Origin: Nemertoderma westbladi
Lineage: Eukaryota > Animalia > Xenacoelomorpha
Assembly (NCBI GenBank): GCA_032718475.1
Contig: JAUCBJ010002315.1
Location: forward strand, 1 to 64,000
DNA: 64,000 nt
Reading direction: 5' to 3'
Shown: in pieces, positions 35,650 to 46,600 of the stretch
How the letters are laid out: every line of letters starts with the position of its first letter
Numbering within the stretch: position 1 is the stretch's first letter
The notes under the pieces: generated by a model
What the model saw: only the letters and a program-made list of their open reading frames with translations
The model's database searches: none
What the model was told of the DNA's origin: nothing
Program-made: the position numbers and the translations under genes

Positions 35650-36845
35650 ACATGCAGCATCGTTTCAAAAAAGAAAGACAGGCATATGCCTGTATCTTTG
35701 TTGACTTCTTCAAGGCCATTGATTCAGTCTCTCGCTCTCGTATATTCAGCATACTTTCATTATATGGGATTCCTGATGAAATTATTGCAGCAATCAGATC
35801 AGTATACGATGGTTCGACAACATTTGTGTCTACTGTTGACGGTGACACAGAACCATTTGAAGTGTTATGGGGCGTCCTCCAAGGAGACACACTTGCGCCA
35901 TTCTTGTTTATGATTGTGGTTGTCTATGTTCTATGGTCTATGCATGTCCTTAGATCATCATAATGATGATGGGTTGATGGTAACTCCACCTACTGGCTCC
36001 AGAAGTCGAGGAAATCCTGCTAAGTACCTAACTGATCTAGACTTTGCTGATGACTTAGGAGTACTCTCAGAAACACTAGAGGGAGCCCAACGGCTCCTCA
36101 GCTCATTAGAACAGGCTGCTTCTAGTTTTGGTCTTTTTATTAACTCCAAAAAGATCAAAATTTTGACAGTTAACTTTTAATGTCCTCATCAAGAATCTAA
36201 CCGGATGAGCATAAGCTCAAATCATGGTATGCTTGAGCATGTGGATGACTTCTGTTACCTGGGATCATGGATCCGGAAGTCAGGTGAGGACCTTCGAATA
36301 CGTAAGGGAAAGGCATGGGCAGCCTTGAATAGGTTTTCCAGGATTTGGAAGTCACCGAGAATTAATCGGAAACTTAAGGTCCGATTATTTAGAGCAGCAG
36401 TAGTTCCAATACTCCTCTATGGGAGTCCATGCTGGGCTCTAACTGATGAGGACACCAAATCTCTGGATGGCACATTCACAAGAATGCTACGCCGGGTTCA
36501 TTGTGTCAAGTACAATGCACACATCTCCAACCAGACACTATATAACATTGGTGGTGTCTCATTGGTTCCCCTAAGCTTGGCACTAGAATAAAGCCGCCTC
36601 CGCTTTGCAGGACATTTGTTTCGCCGTGAGGACCAGCCAGTGCATAATCTTGTACTTTGGCAGCCTCATGGAGTGAATAAGCGTGGTGGACAGCCCATGA
36701 CTTTCTTGAGACGCATCATAAAGGACACTGGCCTTGAAGATGCGGATGATCTAGCAAATGTCATGGGTGATGGTGAGTTGTGGCGGCACAATTTTGTCGA
36801 CAAGCCGGCACAGCATTCTTAATATATATGTAATATATATATATA
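35650..36845 (+). mobile_element. 5'-truncated, frameshifted RTE-clade LINE (reverse transcriptase domain to 3' end)
   Basis: The RT motifs FVDFFKAIDSV, GVLQGDTLAPFLF, DLDFADDL, GLFINSKK and FCYLGSWI are followed by the RTE-type C-terminus K.RLFRAAVVPILLYGS..W.LT...RMLRR...RLRFAGH, spread over frames. There is a short AT-repeat tail at about 36820-36846. Confidence 0.92.
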
Positions 36846-37639
36846 ATGCGGCTACAATGCAGCATTCCGATCGTATTAGTCGTCATGGTAAATACTGGTT
36901 TAACTTACCGATTAAATTGTATCTTTTTATTGAGATAGGCTCAGGCTCTGCGGCTTCCACAAAATTAACTTTAATTTACTAATTTATCGTTTTTATTAAA
37001 ATTAATTAATTAGTGTAATTAATATATTGGTTAGATAAATATTCTCAATGCGTGTAATTAGAAACTCAATATTGTTTTACTTAAATCCGTATGGAGTAAT
37101 TAATAAAGCAACGTACATTATTGGAGTGGAGTATATGAGTTATATAGATGGCTTACTCATATATGGACCATTGTTCTTATTTATAATTAATTGGAATAAT
37201 TTGGCTGTGATTACGGCCTGTATATAGTCTTTACATATCCGTGTCTGTAAGACTAATGCCGCGATTACGATAGCATTGTTTTGCTTACAAGTCTATCTGA
37301 AGGCACACACGAACCCTCAATCTAACGGCAGTATCTCCAAGTATTTAATTAATCTCTTACACAATGTTTGCTAAGGGGATATAAATCTGCCATGCTGTAA
37401 TTAAACGTAATTTATGGATTGCACACGATACGTTTACTTTGCCTAAATAATTCTCAATTAATTAATACATCCTTTCAAGCAGCCGTCCAGTTTTGGCCCT
37501 CATATTAAATACATTATAAGGTTTATGTTCCTTTATTAAATATTCCTGGTTTATCAACATATCTGCTAATTAAAATAATGTAATGAATGACATTAAATAT
37601 TGACAATATATCCCATATCAGCTTATCACTTTGTTAAGT

Positions 37640-40600
37640 GCAGTGCGGTACAGTGCTATAGTTTGGGTAGCAGCGGTACGTGTTTGGGTTACAGTGCTAT
37701 AGTTTGGGTTACAGTGCTATAGTTTGGGTTACAGTGCTATAGTTTGGGTTACAGTGCTATAGTTTGGGTTACAGTGCTATAGTTTGGGTTACAGTGCTAT
37801 AGTTTGGGTTACAGTGCTATAGTTTGGGTTACAGTGCTATAGTTTGGGTTACAGTGCTATAGTTTGGGTAGCAGCGGTACGTGTTTGGGTTACAGTGCTA
37901 TAGTTTGGGTAGCAGCGGTACGTGTTTGGGTTACAGTGCTATAGTTTGGGTTGTAGTGGTGTGTGTTTGGGTTACAGTGCTATAGTTTGGGTTGTAGTGG
38001 TGTGTGTTTGGGTTACAGTGCTATAGTTTGGGTTACAGTGCTATAGTTTGGGTTACAGTGCTATAGTTTGGGTTACAGTGCTATAGTTTGGGTAGCAGCG
38101 GTACGTGTTTGGGTTACAGTGCTATAGTTTGGGTAGCAGCGGTACGTGTTTGGGTTACAGTGCTATAGTTTGGGTTGTAGTGGTGTGTGTTTGGGTTACA
38201 GTGCTATAGTTTGGGTTGTAGTGGTGTGTGTTTGGGTTACAGTGCTATAGTTTGGGTTACAGTGCTATAGTTTGGGTTACAGTGCTATAGTTTGGGTTGT
38301 AGTGGTGTGTGTTTGGGTTACAGTGCTATAGTTTGGGTTACAGTGGTGTGTGTTTGGGTTACAGTGCTATAGTTTGGGTTACAGTGCTATAGTTTGGGTT
38401 ACAGTGCTATATGTTGGGTTACAGTGCTATAGTTTGGGTTACAGTGCTATAGTTTGGGTTACAGTGCTATAGTTTGGGTAGCAGCGGTACGTGTTTGGGT
38501 TACAGTGCTATAGTTTGGGTTACAGTGCTATAGTTTGGGTTACAGTGCTATAGTTTGGGTTACAGTGCTATAGTTTGGGTTACAGTGCTATAGTTTGGGT
38601 TACAGTGCTATAGTTTGGGTTACAGTGCTATAGTTTGGGTTACAGTGCTATAGTTTGGGTAGCAGCGGTACGTGTTTGGGTTACAGTGCTATAGTTTGGG
38701 TAGCAGCGGTACGTGTTTGGGTTACAGTGCTATAGTTTGGGTTGTAGTGGTGTGTGTTTGGGTTACAGTGCTATAGTTTGGGTTGTAGTGGTGTGTGTTT
38801 GGGTTACAGTGCTATAGTTTGGGTTACAGTGCTATAGTTTGGGTTACAGTGCTATAGTTTGGGTTACAGTGCTATAGTTTGGGTTGTAGTGGTGTGTGTT
38901 TGGGTTACAGTGCTATAGTTTGGGTTACAGTGGTGTGTGTTTGGGTTACAGTGCTATAGTTTGGGTTACAGTGCTATAGTTTGGGTTACAGTGCTATATG
39001 TTGGGTTACAGTGCTATAGTTTGGGTAGCAGCGGTACGTGTTTGGGTTACAGTGCTATAGTTTGGGTAGCAGCGGTACGTGTTTGGGTTACAGTGCTATA
39101 GTTTGGGTTACAGTGCTATAGTTTGGGTTACAGTGCTATAGTTTGGGTTACAGTGCTATAGTTTGGGTTACAGTGCTATAGTTTGGGTTACAGTACTATA
39201 GTTTGGGTTACAGAGCTATAGTTTGGGTTACAGTGCTATAGTTTGGGTTGTAGTGGTGTGTGTTTGGGTTACAGTGCTATAGTTTGGGTTACAGTGCTAT
39301 AGTTTGGGTAGCAGCGGTACGTGTTTGGGTTACAGTGCTATAGTTTGGGTTACAGTGCTATAGTTTGGGTTACAGTGCTATAGTTTGGGTTACAGTGCTA
39401 TAGTTTGGGTTACAGTGCTATAGTTTGGGTTACAGTGCTATAGTTTGGGTTACAGTGCTATAGTTTGGGTTACAGTTCTATAGTTTGGGTTGTAGTGGTG
39501 TGTGTTTGGGTTACAGTGCTATAGTTTGGGTTACAGTGCTATAGTTTGGGTTACAGTGCTATAGTTTGGGTTACAGTGCTATAGTTTGGGTTACAGTGCT
39601 ATAGTTTGGGTAGCAGCGGTACGTGTTTGGGTTACAGTGCTATAGTTTGGGTTACAGTGCTATAGTTTGGGTTACAGTGCTATAGTTTGGGTTACAGTGC
39701 TATAGTTTGGGTAGCAGCGGTACGTGTTTGGGTTACAGTGCTATAGTTTGGGTAGCAGCGGTACGTGTTTGGGTTACAGTGCTATAGTTTGGGTAGCAGC
39801 GGTACGTGTTTGGGTTACAGTGCTATAGTTTGGGTTACAGTGCTATAGTTTGGGTTACAGTGCTATAGTTTGGGTTACAGTGCTATAGTTTGGGTTACAG
39901 TGCTATAGTTTGGGTTACAGTGCTATAGTTTGGGTTACAGTGCTATAGTTTGGGTTACAGTGCTATAGTTTGGGTTACAGTGCTATAGTTTGGGTTACAG
40001 TGCTATAGTTTGGGTTACAGTGCTATAGTTTGGGTTACAGTGCTATAGTTTGGGTTGTAGTGGTGTGTCTTTGGGTTACAGTGCTATAGTTTGGGTTGTA
40101 GTGGTGTTTGTTTGGGTTACAGTGCTATAGTTTGGGTTACAGTGCTATAGTTTGGGTTACAGTTCTATAGTTTGGGTAGCAGCGGTACGTGTTTGGGTTA
40201 CAGTGCTATAGTTTGGGTTACAGTGCTATAGTTTGGGTAGCAGCGGTACGTGTTTGGGTTACAGTGCTATAGTTTGGGTTACAGTGCTATAGTTTGGGTT
40301 ACAGTGCTATAGTTTGGGTTGTAGTGGTGTGTGTTTGGGTTACAGTGCTATAGTTTGGGTTACAGTGCTGTAGTTTGGGTAGCAGCGGTACGTGTTTGGG
40401 TTACAGTGCTATAGTTTGGGTTACAGTGCTATAGTTTGGGTAGCAGCGGTACGTGTTTGGGTTACAGTGCTATAGTTTGGGTTACAGTGCTATAGTTTGG
40501 GTTACAGTGCTATAGTTTGGGTTGTAGTGGTGTGTGTTTGGGTTACAGTGCTATAGTTTGGGTTACAGTGCTATAGTTTGGGTTACAGTGCTATAGTTTG

Positions 40601-43600
40601 GGTTACAGTGCTATAGTTTGGGTTGTAGTGGTGTGTCTTTGGGTTACAGTGCTATAGTTTGGGTTGTAGTGGTGTTTGTTTGGGTTACAGTGCTATAGTT
40701 TGGGTTACAGTGCTATAGTTTGGGTTACAGTGCTATAGTTTGGGTTACAGTGCTATAGTTTGGGTTACAGTGCTATAGTTTGGGTTGTAGTGGTGTGTCT
40801 TTGGGTTACAGTGCTATAGTTTGGGTTGTAGTGGTGTTTGTTTGGGTTACAGTGCTATAGTTTGGGTTACAGTGCTATAGTTTGGGTTACAGTTCTATAG
40901 TTTGGGTAGCAGCGGTACGTGTTTGGGTTACAGTGCTATAGTTTGGGTTACAGTGCTATAGTTTGGGTAGCAGCGGTACGTGTTTGGGTTACAGTGCTAT
41001 AGTTTGGGTTACAGTGCTATAGTTTGGGTTACAGTGCTATAGTTTGGGTTGTAGTGGTGTGTGTTTGGGTTACAGTGCTATAGTTTGGGTTACAGTGCTG
41101 TAGTTTGGGTAGCAGCGGTACGTGTTTGGGTTACAGTGCTATAGTTTGGGTTACAGTGCTATAGTTTGGGTAGCAGCGGTACGTGTTTGGGTTACAGTGC
41201 TATAGTTTGGGTTACAGTGCTATAGTTTGGGTAGCAGCGGTACGTGTTTGGGTTACAGTGCTATAGTTTGGGTTACAGTGCTATAGTTTGGGTAGCAGCG
41301 GTACGTGTTTGGGTTACAGTGCTATAGTTTGGGTTACAGTGCTATAGTTTGGGTAGCAGCGGTACGTGTTTGGGTTACAGTGCTATAATTTGGGTTACAG
41401 TGCTATAATTTGGGTTACAGTGCTATAGTTTGGGTTGTAGTGGTGTGTGTTTGGGTTACAGTGCTATAGTTTGGGTAGCAGCGGTACGTGTTTGGGTTAC
41501 AGTGCTATAGTTTGGGTTACAGTGCTATAGTTTGGGTAGCAGCGGTACGTGTTTGGGTTACAGTGCTATAGTTTGGGTTACAGTGCTATAGTTTGGGTAG
41601 CAGCGGTACGTGTTTGGGTTACAGTGCTATAGTTTGGGTTACAGTGCTATAGTTTGGGTAGCAGCGGTACGTGTTTGGGTTACAGTGCTATAGTTTGGGT
41701 TACAGTGCTATAGTTTGGGTAGCAGCGGTACGTGTTTGGGTTACAGTGCTATAGTTTGGGTTACAGTGCTATAGTTTGGGTAGCAGCGGTACGTGTTTGG
41801 GTTACAGTGCTATAGTTTGGGTTACAGTGCTATAGTTTGGGTAGCAGCGGTACGTGTTTGGGTTACAGTGCTATAGTTTGGGTTACAGTGCTATAGTTTG
41901 GGTTACAGTGCTATAGTTTGGGTTACAGTGCTATAGTTTGGGTTACAGTGCTATAGTTTGGGTTACAGTGCTATAGTTTGGGTTACAGTGCTATAGTTTG
42001 GGTAGCAGCGGTACGTGTTTGGGTTACAGTGCTATAGTTAGAGTAGCAGCGGTACGTGTTTGGGTTACAGTGCTATAGTTTGGGTTACAGTGCTATAGTT
42101 TGGGTTACAGTGCTATAGTTTGGGTTACAGTGCTATAGTTTGGGTTACAGTGCTATAGTTTGGGTAGCAGCGGTACGTGTTTGGGTTACAGTGCTATAGT
42201 TTGGGTTACAGTGCTATAGTTTGGGTTACAGTGCTATAGTTTGGGTTACAGTGCTATAGTTTGGGTTACAGTGCTATAGTTTGGGTTACAGTGCTATAGT
42301 TTGGGTTACAGTGCTATAGTTTGGGTTACAGTGCTATAGTTTGGGTTACAGTGCTATAGTTTGGGTAGCAGCGGTACGTGTTTGGGTTACAGTGCTATAG
42401 TTTGGGTTACAGTGCTATAGTTTGGGTTACAGTGCTATAGTTTGGGTTACAGTGCTATAGTTTGGGTTACAGTGCTATAGTTTGGGTTACAGTGCTATAG
42501 TTTGGGTTACAGTGCTATAGTTTGGGTTACAGTGCTATAGTTTGGGTTACAGTGCTATAGTTTGGGTTACAGTGCTATAGTTTGGGTTACAGTGCTATAG
42601 TTTGGGTTACAGTGCTATAGTTTGGGTTACAGTGCTATAGTTTGGGTAGCAGCGGTACGTGTTTGGGTTACAGTGCTATAGTTTGGGTTACAGTGCTATA
42701 GTTTGGGTTACAGTGCTATAGTTTGGGTTACAGTGCTATAGTTTGGGTTACAGTGCTATAGTTTGGGTTACAGTGCTATAGTTTGGGTTACAGTGCTATA
42801 GTTTGGGTTACAGTGCTATAGTTTGGGTTACAGTGCTATAGTTTGGGTAGCAGCGGTACGTGTTTGGGTTACAGTGCTATAGTTTGGGTTGTAGTGGTGT
42901 GTGTTTGGGTTACAGTGCTATAGTTTGGGTTACAGTGCTATAGTTTGGGTAGCAGCGGTACGTGTTTGGGTTACAGTGCTATAGTTAGAGTAGCAGCGGT
43001 ACGTGTTTGGGTTACAGTGCTATAGTTTGGGTTACAGTGCTATAGTTTGGGTAGCAGCGGTACGTGTTTGGGTTACAGTGCTATAGTTTGGGTTACAGTG
43101 CTATAGTTTGGGTTGTAGTGGTGTGTGTTTGGAATACAGTGCTATAGTTTGGGTTACAGTGCTATAGTTTGGGTTACAGTGCTATAGTTTGGGTAGCAGC
43201 GGTACGTGTTTGGGTTACAGTGCTATAGTTTGGGTTACAGTGCTATAGTTTGGGTTGTAGTGGTGTGTGTTTGGGTTACAGTGCTATAGTTCGGGTTACA
43301 GTGCTATAGTTTGGGTTACAGTGCTATAGTTTGGGTAGCAGCGGTACGTGTTTGGGTTACAGTGCTATAGTTTGGGTTACAGTGCTATAGTTTGGGTTAC
43401 AGTGCTATAGTTTGGGTAGCAGCGGTACGTGTATGGGATACAGTGCTATAGTTTGGGTTGTAGTGCTATAATTTGGGTTACAGTGCTATAGTTTGGGTTG
43501 TAGTGGTGTGTGTTTGGGTTACAGTGCTATAGTTTGGGTTGTAGTGGTGTGTGTTTGGGTTACAGTGCTATAGTTTGGGTTACAGTGCTATAGTTTGGGT

Positions 43601-46600
43601 TACAGTGCTATAGTTTGGGTTACAGTGCTATAGTTTGGGTTGTAGTGGTGTGTGTTTGGGTTACAGTGCTATAGTTTGGGTTACAGTGCTATAGTTTGGG
43701 TAGCAGCGGTACGTGTTTGGGTTACAGTGCTATAGTTTGGGTAGCAGCGGTACGTGTTTGGGTTACAGTGCTATAGTTTGGGTTACAGTGCTATAGTTTG
43801 GGTTACAGTGCTATAGTTTGGGTTGTAGTGGTGTGTGTTTGGGTTACAGTGCTATAGTTTGGGTTACAGTGCTATAGTTTGGGTTACAGTGCTATAGTTT
43901 GGGTTACAGTGCTATAGTTTGGGTAGCAGCGGTACGTGTTTGGGTTACAGTGCTATAGTTTGGGTTACAGTGCTATAGTTTGGGTTACAGTGCTATAGTT
44001 TGGGTTGTAGTGGTGTGTGTTTGGGTTACAGTGCTATAGTTTGGGTTACAGTGCTATAGTTTGGGTTACAGTGCTATAGTTTGGGTTACAGTGCTATAGT
44101 TTGGGTTACAGTGCTATAGTTTGGGTTACAGTGCTATAGTTTGGGTAGCAGCGGTACGTGTTTGGGTTACAGTGCTATAGTTTGGGTTACAGTGCTATAG
44201 TTTGGGTTACAGTGCTATAGTTTGGGTTACAGTGCTATAGTTTGGGTTACAGTGCTATAGTTTGGGTAGCAGCGGTACGTGTTTGGGTTACAGTGCTATA
44301 GTTTGGGTTACAGTGCTATAGTTTGGGTTACAGTGCTATAGTTTGGGTTACAGTGCTATAGTTTGGGTTACAGTGCTATAGTTTGGGTTACAGTGCTATA
44401 GTTTGGGTTACAGTGCTATAGTTTGGGTTACAGTGCTATAGTTTGGGTTACAGTGCTATAGTTTGGGTTACAGTGCTATAGTTTGGGTTACAGTGCTATA
44501 GTTTGGGTTACAGTGCTATAGTTTGGGTTACAGTGCTATAGTTTGGGTTACAGTGCTATAGTTTGGGTTACAGTGCTATAGTTTGGGTTACAGTGCTATA
44601 GTTTGGGTTACAGTGCTATAGTTTGGGTTACAGTGCTATAGTTTGGGTTACAGTGCTATAGTTTGGGTTACAGTGCTATAGTTTGGGTTACAGTGCTATA
44701 GTTTGGGTTACAGTGCTATAGTTTGGGTTACAGTGCTATAGTTTGGGTTACAGTGCTATAGTTTGGGTTACAGTGCTATAGTTTGGGTAGCAGCGGTACG
44801 TGTTTGGGTTACAGTGCTATAGTTTGGGTTACAGTGCTATAGTTTGGGTTACAGTGCTATAGTTTGGGTTACAGTGCTATAGTTTGGGTTACAGTGCTAT
44901 AGTTTGGGTAGCAGCGGTACGTGTTTGGGTTACAGTGCTATAGTTTGGGTTACAGTGCTATAGTTTGGGTTACAGTGCTATAGTTTGGGTTACAGTGCTA
45001 TAGTTTGGGTTGTAGTGGTGTGTGTTTGGGTTACAGTGCTATAGTTTGGGTTACAGTGCTATAGTTTGGGTAGCAGCGGTACGTGTTTGGGTTACAGTGC
45101 TATAGTTTGGGTTACAGTGCTATAGTTTGGGTTACAGTGCTATAGTTTGGGTTACAGTGCTATAGTTTGGGTTACAGTGCTATAGTTTGGGTTACAGTGC
45201 TATAGTTTGGGTTACAGTGCTATAGTTTGGGTTACAGTGCTATAGTTTGGGTTACAGTGCTATAGTTTGGGTTGTAGTGGTGTGTGTTTGGAATACAGTG
45301 CTATAGTTTGGGTTGTAGTGGTGTGTGTTTGGGTTACAGTGCTATAGTTTGGGTTGTAGTGGTGTGTGTTTGGGTTACAGTGCTATAGTTTGGGTTACAG
45401 TGCTATAGTTTGGGTTGTAGTGGTGTGTGTTTGGGTTACAGTGCTATAGTTCGGGTTACAGTGCTATAGTTTGGGTTACAGTGCTATAGTTTGGGTTACA
45501 GTGCTATAGTTTGGGTTACAGTGCTATAGTTTGGGTTACAGTGCTATAGTTTGGGTTACAGTGCTATAGTTTGGGTTACAGTGCTATAGTTTGGGTTACA
45601 GTGCTATAGTTTGGGTTACAGTGCTATAGTTTGGGTTACAGTGCTATAGTTTGGGTTACAGTGCTGTAGTTTGGGTTACAGTGCTATAGTTTGGGTTGTA
45701 GTGGTGTGTGTTTGGGTTACAGTGCTATAGTTTGGGTTGTAGTGGTGTGTGTTTGGGTTACAGTGCTATAGTTTGGGTTACAGTGCTATAGTTTGGGTTA
45801 CAGTGCTATAGTTTGGGTTACAGTGCTATAGTTTGGGTTACAGTGCTGTAGTTTGGGTTACAGTGCTATAGTTTGGGTTGTAGTGGTGTGTGTTTGGGTT
45901 ACAGTGCTATAGTTTGGGTTGTAGTGGTGTGTGTTTGGGTTACAGTGCTATAGTTTGGGTAGTAGTGGTGTGTGTTTGGGTTACAGTGCTATAGTTTGGG
46001 TTACAGTGCTATAGTTTGGGTTACAGTGCTATAGTTTGGGTTGTAGTGGTGTGTGTTTGGGTTACAGTGCTATAGTTTGGGTTACAGTGCTATAGTTTGG
46101 GTTACAGTGCTATAGTTTGGGTTACAGTGCTGTAGTTTGGGTTACAGTGCTATAGTTTGGGTTGTAGTGGTGTGTGTTTGGGTTACAGTGCTATAGTTTG
46201 GGTTGTAGTGGTGTGTGTTTGGGTTACAGTGCTATAGTTTGGGTTGTAGTGGTGTGTGTTTGGGTTACAGTGCTATAGTTTGGGTTACAGTGCTATAGTT
46301 TGGGTTACAGTGCTATAGTTTGGGTTACAGTGCTATAGTTTGGGTTACAGTGCTGTAGTTTGGGTTACAGTGCTATAGTTTGGGTTGTAGTGGTGTGTGT
46401 TTGGGTTACAGTGCTATAGTTTGGGTTACAGTGCTATAGTTTGGGTAGCAGCGGTACGTGTTTGGGTTACAGTGCTATAGTTTGGGTTACAGTGCTATAG
46501 TTTGGGTTGTAGTGGTGTGTGTTTGGGTTACAGTGCTATAGTTTGGGTTACAGTGCTATAGTTTGGGTTGTAGTGGTGTGTCTTTGGGTTACAGTGCTAT

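Noticed and set aside
33395-35660. Repetitive ORFs (THLAPINI, MGARCVIL, PPSLSHPACPTQ, GWVGQAGWDRLG)
   Set aside because: They are products of the 24-bp and 14-bp minisatellites and are open on both strands. The in-frame fusion to RT sequence at 35412-35963 is incidental.
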